Source: a virus (Duplodnaviria; Caudoviricetes). From it: a DNA stretch of 64,000 nucleotides. A program made the translations under genes and the position numbers. The stretch is taken from positions 1 to 64,000 of the IMG/VR virus record IMGVR_UViG_3300033463_000080; one strand, written 5' to 3'. The stretch's first letter is position 1, and each line of letters opens with the position of its first letter. Shown here in pieces: positions 9,641 through 18,062 of the stretch. Below the pieces are notes generated by a model. That model saw only the letters and a program-made list of their open reading frames with translations. It was not told where the DNA came from and did not search any database.

Positions 9641-9645
9641 TTCTG

Positions 9646-10302
9646 ATGGGAAAAGGAACACGCAAGACATATCCAAAGGAAGTCCATAATAAAAAACTTT
9701 ACAAAGCATGGCATGCAATGCTTAATCGATGCAACAATCCGAAAAACAAGTACTACGGCCGTTACGGTGGGCGTGGAATATGTGTGTGTGATGAATGGAA
9801 CGATTATATAAAATTCGCATATTGGGCATTTGAAAACGGTTTTTCAGAAAACTTATCAATTGATCGGATAGATAATGACGGAAATTATGAACCTGATAAT
9901 TGCAGATGGGTCACAATGAAAGTGCAGCATAACAACAGAAGCGGTAATAGACTTATAACAATTAATGGAATAACGAAGACGGTATCAGAATGGTGTGATG
10001 AATATGACATCAATTACAACACCGTTTTGCAAAGAATGAAATATGGAAAAGATATTATGGCTGCGCTGACAATGACTCATAAATATCGCGGAAATGGTAT
10101 TCCTGTTCGATGCATTGATACTGGAGAAACGTTCTCAAGTTCAAAGGAAGCCGCCGAGAAATATGGTGTAACTCTTGGCATGATCGCACGAGCAGCAAGA
10201 ACCGGCTGCCTGTCATGCGGAAAGCGGTGGGAACAGATATATGACGAAATTCCGGAAAAAAAGAGATATGACATATTACCGGAAGATGGGCGCGGAGATT
10301 GA
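9646..10302 (+). CDS. free-standing HNH homing endonuclease
   Basis: YGGRGICVCDEW...LSIDRIDNDGNYEPDNCRWVT; C-terminal NUMOD1-like segment; AT-rich. Confidence 0.85.
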   Translation: MGKGTRKTYPKEVHNKKLYKAWHAMLNRCNNPKNKYYGRYGGRGICVCDEWNDYIKFAYWAFENGFSENLSIDRIDNDGNYEPDNCRWVTMKVQHNNRSGNRLITINGITKTVSEWCDEYDINYNTVLQRMKYGKDIMAALTMTHKYRGNGIPVRCIDTGETFSSSKEAAEKYGVTLGMIARAARTGCLSCGKRWEQIYDEIPEKKRYDILPEDGRGD

Positions 10303-10317
10303 GAAGGAAAACAGAGA

Positions 10318-10515
10318 ATGGGTGTGAGCATATACGTAATACTGATGTCAATCCTTGTTGGCCTGTTTACGCTGATCGCAAGCGGAATGATGATAACCGG
10401 AAGCATTATATTCTGGAAAGATCGCAGCAGAATCCCGGCGGTAATCTTCTTTATTGTTGGCGTGATATTGCTGTTTGTCTGTGCTGACGTGATCATCAGG
10501 ATGTATGCAATATGA
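10318..10515 (+). CDS. small two-TM membrane protein
   Basis: Two hydrophobic stretches in 65 aa. Confidence 0.5.
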   Translation: MGVSIYVILMSILVGLFTLIASGMMITGSIIFWKDRSRIPAVIFFIVGVILLFVCADVIIRMYAI

Positions 10516-11081
10516 ACGCAAACATGAGCATTGCTGTACAGACGATCAAGGACAACGTTTCGGCGATGGATATCGGACGTGCGCTCGGTCTTGAGATCCG
10601 GCACGGGCGGTGCAAGTGTCCGATTCATGGCGGCAACGATTACAACTGCGTACTGTACAAAGGGAACCGTGGATTCTACTGCCACGTATGCAAAGAAGGC
10701 GGCGACGTTGTTTCCTTCGTCCGGAAATATTACGATATGTCATTTAAAGATGCCGTATCGTGGATAAATGCCACCTTCCACATGGGTCTTGATCTTGAAG
10801 GCAAGATTGATCGGGAAACGCAGAGACGCGCCGAAATGGCCCAAAGAATGCGAAAGAATGCTATTGAGTTCCGGGAGTGGAAAGACCGGATGCAGCTGGA
10901 CCTGGCGCTGGCGGTGGATCTGATTGTCGAAAAGCTGGAAGAGCGCCGCGATCTGCACACACCGAAGACTCCGGACGAAGCATGGGATCCACTGTTCTGC
11001 GAAGCGATTCGGGTACTTCCGGCGGCAAAAACGTTTGCGGAGAAATGTTTTGCGGAGTGCCTGAAGAAGAATGAAACTTAA
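10512..11081 (+). CDS. CHC2 zinc-finger protein (primase Zn-binding domain, no TOPRIM seen)
   Basis: CPIH...FYCHVCKEGGDVVSFV...SFKDAV. Confidence 0.85.
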   Translation: MNANMSIAVQTIKDNVSAMDIGRALGLEIRHGRCKCPIHGGNDYNCVLYKGNRGFYCHVCKEGGDVVSFVRKYYDMSFKDAVSWINATFHMGLDLEGKIDRETQRRAEMAQRMRKNAIEFREWKDRMQLDLALAVDLIVEKLEERRDLHTPKTPDEAWDPLFCEAIRVLPAAKTFAEKCFAECLKKNET

Positions 11082-11118
11082 CAAATGACGCAATAAGTTA
11101 GAACAGAAGGTCGGTGAT

Positions 11119-11301
11119 GTGGGAATGTTAACAGTTGTCTATGATGGAGTAAAGGCTTTTGTTGTGCCGGATTGTGCAGAGTGCATATTAGCAGAAAAAC
11201 ATCCTAATGATATGGACGAATGTCCATTATGGAAGTGCGAAGCAAAAGATGAATGTGACCCGGGTTGTGAGTTTTATACAGAACATTGGGAACGCACTTA
11301 A
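11119..11301 (+). CDS. hypothetical Cys-rich cassette protein
   Basis: 60 aa, ends ACT TAA. Confidence 0.55.
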   Translation: MGMLTVVYDGVKAFVVPDCAECILAEKHPNDMDECPLWKCEAKDECDPGCEFYTEHWERT

Positions 11302-11419
11302 ATGTGGGGTTTTCCTATTAACGCTCGTTAGGATGTAATAGGCTCGGATATGCCTTCCCCAAATGACTTAAAGGCGCAATAAGTGAGGCGAGAGTACTTG
11401 TGAAAAGAGGTGATGTGGA

Positions 11420-11515
11420 ATGAATGATGTGAATCGTAACATGAGTTATCGTGATGAAGCATTGCAGCGAAGTTGCTCCGGAAACGGAGCAGTTATTATA
11501 GAAATGACGCAATAA
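11420..11515 (+). CDS. 31-aa cassette peptide or remnant (MNDVNRN...EMTQ)
   Basis: GAGGTG RBS; stop lies inside the TGACGCAATAA half-repeat. Confidence 0.35.
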   Translation: MNDVNRNMSYRDEALQRSCSGNGAVIIEMTQ

Positions 11516-11528
11516 ACGGGGTGAGATA

Positions 11529-11816
11529 GTGGCAGATATTAAGAAGGTTATTAAAGCAATTGAAGGTTGTGCGTTTCACAAGAACGATTGTGTGGATTGC
11601 GATTATGACGGATGTGTTTTCAAACACGGCGATTGCAGACGGGATTTGCTTGCGGATGCTCTGGAACTGCTGAAGAAGCAGGGAGCGAAAGAAGTTGAAG
11701 CTGAAGCAATAAATGAAATTGACAGGCTATATAGATGCCCGTCATGTCACATTTCAATGATATTGCGAGGACAACCTTATTGTCATTCTTGCGGACAGGC
11801 GGTGAAATGGGAATGA
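11529..11816 (+). CDS. hypothetical zinc-ribbon protein
   Basis: CPSC...CHSCGQAVKW. Confidence 0.65.
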   Translation: MADIKKVIKAIEGCAFHKNDCVDCDYDGCVFKHGDCRRDLLADALELLKKQGAKEVEAEAINEIDRLYRCPSCHISMILRGQPYCHSCGQAVKWE

Positions 11817-11920
11817 TTCCGTATCGTGGATATCCGGGCTTCAGAAAAGCGTACAAAAAGGCACGATGGAAGAAACGCATGACACGATTTGCGAATTGGT
11901 GTGAACACGTTGGTTTATGA
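11813..11920 (+). CDS. small basic peptide
   Basis: ATGA overlap; ends at the repeat. Confidence 0.4.
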   Translation: MIPYRGYPGFRKAYKKARWKKRMTRFANWCEHVGL

Positions 11921-11960
11921 CTTAAAGGCAACAATGACACAATAAACTGGAGTTGATGAA

Positions 11961-12233
11961 ATGGACAGGGAGAAGGTAATCGTAGAAATAGAGGACGCTT
12001 TGTCCGGTAATTTAGCAAAAGCAGGACATGTTTATAAGTTGTCACTGAATAGGCTAAAAGACAAAGCATTGATAGATGCCCTTGCCATGCTGAAAGAGCA
12101 GGAAGCGGTTATCCGGTGCAAGGATTGCAAGTATGGCGAGAAATGTGCTGAACCACACAAGGATTATTGGTGCAATCTGTATGAAGAGTATAAATGGTCC
12201 GAATGGTTCTGTGCTGACGGAGAACCCAAGTGA
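11961..12233 (+). CDS. hypothetical protein (VIRCKDCKY...WFCADGE)
   Basis: Common small Firmicutes-phage Cys motif. Confidence 0.65.
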   Translation: MDREKVIVEIEDALSGNLAKAGHVYKLSLNRLKDKALIDALAMLKEQEAVIRCKDCKYGEKCAEPHKDYWCNLYEEYKWSEWFCADGEPK

Positions 12234-12264
12234 CTTAAAGGCAACAGTTATACAGGAGGATTAT

Positions 12265-12678
12265 ATGAGCGGAGGAAGTCTGAATTATTTCTACAGCGAT
12301 CTGGAAGAGCATGTCGGGGATCTCGGTGACAAGGAACTGGATGACCTGGTTAAGGATCTGTCAAAACTGTTCCATGCGCGGGAGTGGTTCCTGTCCTGCG
12401 ACACATGCGAGGGCAGCTGGGTGGAGGCCAGGGACGCATTTAAAAAGAAGTGGTTCAAGGATGGCGCGAGGAAGGACCGCATTGAGCAGTACCTGGGCGA
12501 AATTCGGAAGGAGGTGCTGAGACAGTTCGGGGTATCAGACGAGTATTGCAGGAACTGCAGGAAATGGACGCCGGAGGAGAAACCTGACGACGAGTACGGA
12601 TGGTGCAGCACGACAAAAGGATGCATGATGCACCGGAGTGAAACATGCGATGAGTTTGAAAGGCGGGAAACTGAGTGA
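12265..12678 (+). CDS. hypothetical protein
   Basis: AGGAGG RBS; MSGGSLNYFY start. Confidence 0.65.
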   Translation: MSGGSLNYFYSDLEEHVGDLGDKELDDLVKDLSKLFHAREWFLSCDTCEGSWVEARDAFKKKWFKDGARKDRIEQYLGEIRKEVLRQFGVSDEYCRNCRKWTPEEKPDDEYGWCSTTKGCMMHRSETCDEFERRETE

Positions 12679-12950
12679 CCGTTCAGATGATCGGTGAAGC
12701 GTTGGAAGAACTGCTTCAGAAGGCAAAGACTTATTGCGACCTGACGGAAGCACAGCAGATGTATTACGGAATCGCTGTAGACGGCGCGATTCAGGAGATG
12801 CGTGACCGCGCGCCGGAAGCGCCGATATTTCGGGACGGGAAGATCTACTGCGGATGGTGTAACAGGCGTATCCCCCGAAAAATTAAGGCGCACTACTGCT
12901 ACAAATGCGGAAAGGAGATCCTGTGGAATGAAGGTAAAAGACTTCGCTGA
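12675..12950 (+). CDS. hypothetical zinc-ribbon protein
   Basis: YCGWC...YCYKCGKEILW. Confidence 0.6.
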   Translation: MTVQMIGEALEELLQKAKTYCDLTEAQQMYYGIAVDGAIQEMRDRAPEAPIFRDGKIYCGWCNRRIPRKIKAHYCYKCGKEILWNEGKRLR

Positions 12951-13158
12951 AAAATACGGCGTGCCGTATCAAGTTGCATACGCATCCACCTGGTTGATGA
13001 AACCCGACTTTCGGATGCGCAGGGACAGGCAGTACGACGAGCAGGCGATGAAGGATGCAGTGACGGAACTGTTGAGTCAGCGGATCAAGCGGCATCAGTC
13101 GGAAGTGGAAAAGAATCAGCGGTTGTTGGAAAGGCTGAATGCTGTAACAGAAATTTAA
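12928..13158 (+). CDS. hypothetical protein, possible HTH
   Basis: MKVKDFAEKYGVPYQVAY. Confidence 0.5.
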   Translation: MKVKDFAEKYGVPYQVAYASTWLMKPDFRMRRDRQYDEQAMKDAVTELLSQRIKRHQSEVEKNQRLLERLNAVTEI

Positions 13159-13159
13159 T

Positions 13160-13192
13160 TTCCCATAAATTGCTTTTCGTGGTATCATTAAT
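13160..13192 (+). promoter_or_regulatory. extended -10 promoter (TGgTATCAT)
   Basis: CGTGGTATCATTAAT, 13/15 identical to the promoter at 19001. Confidence 0.45.
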
Positions 13193-13243
13193 ACATAACA
13201 AAATAAGGAGGTGCCGTATGGCAAGAGAAAAAGGTGATACAGG

Positions 13244-13486
13244 ATGACAGCGGAAGAATACTATGCTGCGCATCAGCACGCGTTCAGGAAGGCATTCGAC
13301 TTTCTGAACACGCATTTCCCGCCTGGGGACAGCAAGTGGTGGGGATCAGCGGCGGATGATCTGGCGAAAGTGTACAATGGGGAAAGCCAGCTGACGATTT
13401 TCCTGTTAATGGGCGTATGGGATTATCTGAATGAAGAATGGAAGAGGAGGAACAAGGATGCTGAATCTGGAGAGGAACAGGTATAG
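13244..13486 (+). CDS. hypothetical protein
   Basis: 80-aa ORF. Confidence 0.6.
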   Translation: MTAEEYYAAHQHAFRKAFDFLNTHFPPGDSKWWGSAADDLAKVYNGESQLTIFLLMGVWDYLNEEWKRRNKDAESGEEQV

Positions 13487-13703
13487 CGGAGGACTGGACC
13501 ACATCAAGATCACGGGATTTCACGACGGGGAACTCAATGAACTGAAGAGTATGGAACACCACGAAGCGGAGCAGAAGGTTGTGGAGATGCTCAACGACAG
13601 AAACCACGGCGAAGGAACCGCACTCGCCTGTGGGTATGGGATCTACGGTCTGTGGTTCGACAATGAAGCGGTGTATTTGAGCGTTGGGAATACCTGCGAC
13701 TGA
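13458..13703 (+). CDS. hypothetical protein
   Basis: GGAGG RBS. Confidence 0.55.
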   Translation: MLNLERNRYSGGLDHIKITGFHDGELNELKSMEHHEAEQKVVEMLNDRNHGEGTALACGYGIYGLWFDNEAVYLSVGNTCD

Positions 13704-13757
13704 TTTTTTATACTTATTGGCAACACAAATCGCGGTAAGGAGAGTGCGAATAATAAT

Positions 13758-14411
13758 ATGGGAGAGAAAAGGGAATTCGCAATATCAAGATATGATAACA
13801 ATGTCGATTTTATACCGGAATATGTTGAAGGTGAATTTGATATCCCGTTTATCAAGCCGGAATCATATGTTGAAGCGGAGTACATCCCTTTTAATTGCGC
13901 CGGAACACAATGGTATAAGCGGGAAGACAAAGGGATCCATTTTTTCACCCACGATTACCAGTTTGAACGGCTCTGGAGTTCGCGCGAAAAGTATCGTGAA
14001 ATGCTGACACAGTTTAAGGTCGTCCTGACGCCCGACTTTTCCCCGTACTACGACTGGCCGATTATGGTGCAGAGATGGAACCACTACAGGAAACACCTGC
14101 TTGGTGCATGGATGCAGGACATCGGATGCCGTGTATACCCGACGATAACATGGAGCGATAAGCGCAGCCTGGAATGGTGCTTCGACGGAGAACCATTCCG
14201 GGCGACGGTATGCGTAAGCAGCGTTGGAACGCAGAAGAGAAAAGAAGACAAGTTGCTGTTCATGCGCGGATGGGACCGGATGATGGAGGTTCTTGAACCT
14301 GAAACAATTCTTTTCTATGGGGCGATACCGGAGGAATGCTACGGAAACATTGTTCCGATGGTTGAATTTACAAAACGATTCAAGGAGACGAAGAAGCATG
14401 ATCAAACTTGA
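13758..14411 (+). CDS. DUF4417 domain protein
   Basis: GIHFFTHDYQFERLW, LTPDFS, YPTITW, CFDG, VSSVGT. Confidence 0.85.
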   Translation: MGEKREFAISRYDNNVDFIPEYVEGEFDIPFIKPESYVEAEYIPFNCAGTQWYKREDKGIHFFTHDYQFERLWSSREKYREMLTQFKVVLTPDFSPYYDWPIMVQRWNHYRKHLLGAWMQDIGCRVYPTITWSDKRSLEWCFDGEPFRATVCVSSVGTQKRKEDKLLFMRGWDRMMEVLEPETILFYGAIPEECYGNIVPMVEFTKRFKETKKHDQT

Positions 14412-14799
14412 CTTGCAGATGTTTGCAAAGACCGCGTCCCAAATGGCGGCATACCGGGCAAGCATCAAAATGGCAAAGGGGCAGATGCCCGGGAAGAAAC
14501 TGGAACAGTCACCCAGCGAAGTGGAGAACAAAACAAAGAAAGGAGAGTCCCGGGAAGATATTGAAAAGCGGATCACTAACAGCCATGGATACGTAAAAGA
14601 GATTGTGTATGGACAGAAATACACCATGTATAATTCGAACAAAAACGGAGAAAAGCTTGAGCAGTTTGACAACCATATGCCTGCTGCGGATGTGAAAGAA
14701 TGGCTGGAAGGATACTCGTACAACGAGAATACCGGAACATTTACTAACGGGGAAGGCAGACATTACCTCATCAAGCTTGAAAAGAAAAAGAAGAAATAA
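14398..14799 (+). CDS. hypothetical basic protein with N-terminal LQMFA (Prp-protease-like) motif
   Basis: Starts MIKLDLQMFAK. Confidence 0.6.
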   Translation: MIKLDLQMFAKTASQMAAYRASIKMAKGQMPGKKLEQSPSEVENKTKKGESREDIEKRITNSHGYVKEIVYGQKYTMYNSNKNGEKLEQFDNHMPAADVKEWLEGYSYNENTGTFTNGEGRHYLIKLEKKKKK

Positions 14800-14816
14800 T
14801 ACAGGAGGAAACAACC

Positions 14817-15149
14817 ATGAAGAAGATTGCGATTATTGTCCTGATTGTTGTAATGATTGGAATGCTGTTTGTGCTTTCCAGCTGTTCTGATCCGCACAAG
14901 ACCGGCAACAGAATCACCGGCGGGAAAGACGTGCAGACATTTACCTACTGCTATGTGGTGCTTGGCGGCAAGGAGATTGTAAGGGGAAGTATCACAAATT
15001 GGCGCGATTACGAGAACAGTGATACAGTTCAGGTCCTTGTTAATGGGAAATATTACCTGACACATTATACAAATGTCGTTATGATTGCCGATCCGGAACA
15101 AGGCGCCCTTTCATATGGAGATGTCAGTTGGCAAGGAGTTGAAGAATAA
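14817..15149 (+). CDS. predicted lipoprotein
   Basis: Signal peptide MKKIAIIVLIVV... with lipobox LSSC. Confidence 0.7.
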   Translation: MKKIAIIVLIVVMIGMLFVLSSCSDPHKTGNRITGGKDVQTFTYCYVVLGGKEIVRGSITNWRDYENSDTVQVLVNGKYYLTHYTNVVMIADPEQGALSYGDVSWQGVEE

Positions 15150-15150
15150 T

Positions 15151-15765
15151 ATGCCAGAAGTGAAACCTGTTCCAGGATACGAAGGAAAATATTCTGTTGA
15201 TGATACCGGAGTTGTTTATACTGCACGACGTCGCGGAACATCTGGTGGAATTCTTCCACAGCGATTGAACTCATCAGGCTATTACCGTGTTGATCTTCAG
15301 GACGGAAATAAAAAACGTTCCGTATTTGTTCATCGGATTGTTGCAAAAGCATTTATAGTGAGGAAACCTGGACGGGATTATATCAACCATAAAGATGGAA
15401 ATAAACTCAACAATCATGTTGACAATCTTGAATGGTGTACCAGGTCAGAAAACATAGTCCATGCATATAAAAATGGATTGATGCATGAATTTCATCCAAG
15501 TGGAGAAAAACACACAAACAGTAAGCTGACAGATAAAGAAGCAATTGAAATTTATCGTCTGCACTGTGCTGGGGAAAGTGGCATTCAGATTGGCAAAAGA
15601 TTTAATGTTGGTAAAAATGTTGTGTATTTTATTATTCATGGAAAAAGAAAATTAAGCAATGGAATGACAGTTAAGCAATACATTGAAACAAACAAACCCG
15701 ATCCGGAACAAGGTGCGCTGAGTTATTCGGATGTAAGTGTTGGCTGGGACAATATTAATGAGTGA
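15151..15765 (+). CDS. NUMOD4-HNH homing endonuclease
   Basis: KPVPGYEGKYSV...G, VHRIVAKAF, INHKDGNKLNNHVDNLEWCT. Confidence 0.9.
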   Translation: MPEVKPVPGYEGKYSVDDTGVVYTARRRGTSGGILPQRLNSSGYYRVDLQDGNKKRSVFVHRIVAKAFIVRKPGRDYINHKDGNKLNNHVDNLEWCTRSENIVHAYKNGLMHEFHPSGEKHTNSKLTDKEAIEIYRLHCAGESGIQIGKRFNVGKNVVYFIIHGKRKLSNGMTVKQYIETNKPDPEQGALSYSDVSVGWDNINE

Positions 15766-15774
15766 GGTGAGACA

Positions 15775-16251
15775 ATGGATATCGTTCAGGATGCAAAAGG
15801 CATACGGCTAAAATATGAAAAGGATGTATATGCGCCTGCATGTAATGGGATGAAAGTTGTGCTGGAAAACAAAGAAACGCGGATTATAGGAACAGCTTTC
15901 AGAACGGAAGCAACATGTACTATGAATGGAATCGGAGAAATGTCCGTTGATTTTTATGTGGACAAAGTGGAAGACCTGACGAAGAGAGACATTTGTCCGA
16001 AAAACCGAAACTTCTTTCAGGAATATTGTGAATACCGATATAAAATTGGTACGCAGAATGCGCTACAAGCGAAGCATGTGATCTTCAACCCGCCGGCCAC
16101 GGTTGTGCTGTGGGAAGACGGTACGAAGACCGTTGTGAAGTGCGATCCGAAAGACCCGTTCGACGAGATGAAAGGACTTGCGCTGTGCTACATGAAGAAG
16201 GCCCTGGGCAATACCAGCCGGGAACTGAATAAAGCGTTGAGGAACAGATGA
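15775..16251 (+). CDS. conserved phage hypothetical protein
   Basis: C-terminal VIFNPPATVVLWEDGTKTVVKC...KGLALCYMKK. Confidence 0.7.
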   Translation: MDIVQDAKGIRLKYEKDVYAPACNGMKVVLENKETRIIGTAFRTEATCTMNGIGEMSVDFYVDKVEDLTKRDICPKNRNFFQEYCEYRYKIGTQNALQAKHVIFNPPATVVLWEDGTKTVVKCDPKDPFDEMKGLALCYMKKALGNTSRELNKALRNR

Positions 16252-16252
16252 T

Positions 16253-16693
16253 ATGAGTAGAAGAGGATACTTTGGTATCGGGATATTCCACGGGAAAAAT
16301 GAGCAGAACATAGGTACGCTGTGGCGGAGTGCCAACATATTCGGCGCGGACTTTATATTCACTATCGGGCGGCGGTATGCCAAGCAGAGTTCGGACACCA
16401 TGAAAACGCCCAGACATATTCCGCTGTTCAACTTTGCGGACTGGGACGATTTTATGGCGCATATACCGTATGACTGCCCGGTGATTGCGGTGGAACTGGA
16501 TGACGACAGCGTTCCGATCAAGCATTTTGTTCATCCGCAACGCTGCATTTACCTGCTCGGTGCGGAGGACAGCGGCATCCCAAAAAGCGTGCTGAATCAT
16601 TGCCAGGATATTATTCAGCTTCCCGGGGATGTGTGCATGAACGTGTCTGTGGCCGGCAGCATTGTGATGTATGACAGAGTGAATAAGGAGTGA
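16253..16693 (+). CDS. SpoU/TrmH-family (SPOUT) RNA methyltransferase
   Basis: NIGTLWRSANIFG, LLGAEDSGIP, MNVSVAGSIVMYDR. Confidence 0.9.
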   Translation: MSRRGYFGIGIFHGKNEQNIGTLWRSANIFGADFIFTIGRRYAKQSSDTMKTPRHIPLFNFADWDDFMAHIPYDCPVIAVELDDDSVPIKHFVHPQRCIYLLGAEDSGIPKSVLNHCQDIIQLPGDVCMNVSVAGSIVMYDRVNKE

Positions 16694-16700
16694 CAGGACA

Positions 16701-16904
16701 ATGAATGATCTGAAAATTCTGCCTACCGGAGGAATGGGATACGATATTGTACTGAATGGGTCCAGTCTGCAAGGCGTTACGGAACTGCACATTGATATGA
16801 AAGTGAACGAGATTCCGCACGTTCATATGACATTTTTGGCCGGAGTGCTGGATATTGAACTGCCTGAAACAAACGTGGAGGTATGCAGCGATGGTTCAGA
16901 TTGA
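16701..16904 (+). CDS. hypothetical protein
   Basis: 67 aa with RBS. Confidence 0.55.
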   Translation: MNDLKILPTGGMGYDIVLNGSSLQGVTELHIDMKVNEIPHVHMTFLAGVLDIELPETNVEVCSDGSD

Positions 16905-17088
16905 TATGAATATGCCGAAAAACTGCTCCGGATGTCCGTTTGCAGAAGCCGATCTGATCGCTGGAGTGATTACATTAAGATGCGTATTACTGAACGGAAA
17001 GCGGATGTATGCGCCGGGACTGATTGACAGGAAAGACCGTCCGGACTGGTGTCCGCTGATTGAGGTGAAAGAAAATGCCGCCACATGA
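16891..17088 (+). CDS. small Cys protein (IDMxMPxxCxxCPF...RPxWCPL), paralog of 34922
   Basis: Motif shared with 34922..35239. Confidence 0.6.
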   Translation: MVQIDMNMPKNCSGCPFAEADLIAGVITLRCVLLNGKRMYAPGLIDRKDRPDWCPLIEVKENAAT

Positions 17089-17425
17089 AACGGACTGTTC
17101 CGGAACGGTAATGTACATCCGGGATGACAGCGGAAGGTATGTCCGGCTGGACCAGCTTTCGGAACTGCGGGAAGCGGATGGCGATATGTATGACGGCACC
17201 GTGCTGCACCGGTTTTCCGAATCGGCAATGCTGACCGCGACGCTGACGCACAGGTCCGCCAGGCGGATCCGGAAGATGGTGATGAAGGCAAAGAACCGGC
17301 GGTACCGGGATCGGAGAAGGTATTTCCGGATGAAAGAAAAACACAGAAGAATACTGTTGAAAGCATCAGGCAAACCGCAGACGGTATTCTGGAAAGGAAA
17401 TGCAAATGAAGATTATCGAACCTGA
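17075..17425 (+). CDS. hypothetical protein
   Basis: 116-aa coupled ORF. Confidence 0.5.
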   Translation: MPPHETDCSGTVMYIRDDSGRYVRLDQLSELREADGDMYDGTVLHRFSESAMLTATLTHRSARRIRKMVMKAKNRRYRDRRRYFRMKEKHRRILLKASGKPQTVFWKGNANEDYRT

Positions 17426-18062
17426 GTTCCATGTGTATGAAGATCTGACGGATCCAGCCGTTGTGGAAGGTATCCTGAAAAAGATTGAGGTTGTCGGGCG
17501 GAGTTGCTATGTCAGCGAGTCCGGCATATGTCCCGGATCTGCATCCGGATTCGTCCGCCGCTTGATCGAAAGAGGACATGAAGCAATGCTGGAACATGCC
17601 AGCCTTACTGTCAAGTTTATCGTGGATCGTGGCGTGAGTCATGAAATTGTCCGGCACCGGATGGCATCGTTCGCGCAGGAAAGCACTCGGTACTGCAATT
17701 ATACGCAGGATAAATTTGGTAACGAGATCACCGTAATCCATCCGTTCTATCTGAAACCAGGCACGGATGAATGGCTTGAATGGTTCGACAGCTGCAACAA
17801 GGCGGAACTTGCATACATCAATATGCTGCATAACGGATGCACCCCGCAGGAAGCCAGGGCCGTCCTTCCGAACAGCCTGAAAACAACGCTGTGGGTGACG
17901 GCGAACCTTCGGGAGTGGCGGCACATCATGAACCTTAGGGCGGCCGGCATAACAGGGAAACCGCATCCGCAGATGGCTGAGATCATGGTGCCGTTGCTGA
18001 AGTATTTCAGGGAATATCTGCCGGAAGTATTCGATGATATTGAGGTGCCAAGTAATGATTGA
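17400..18062 (+). CDS. thyX: FAD-dependent thymidylate synthase
   Basis: GHEAMLEH, RGVSHEIVRHRMASFAQESTRY, QEARAVLPNSLKT, NLREWRH. Confidence 0.95.
   Translation: MQMKIIEPEFHVYEDLTDPAVVEGILKKIEVVGRSCYVSESGICPGSASGFVRRLIERGHEAMLEHASLTVKFIVDRGVSHEIVRHRMASFAQESTRYCNYTQDKFGNEITVIHPFYLKPGTDEWLEWFDSCNKAELAYINMLHNGCTPQEARAVLPNSLKTTLWVTANLREWRHIMNLRAAGITGKPHPQMAEIMVPLLKYFREYLPEVFDDIEVPSND

Larger units (their letters stand above)
11076..12245 (+). repeat. gene-junction repeat family A, cluster 2
   Basis: Copies at about 11076, 11296, 11366, 11502, 11920, 12233. Confidence 0.8.
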
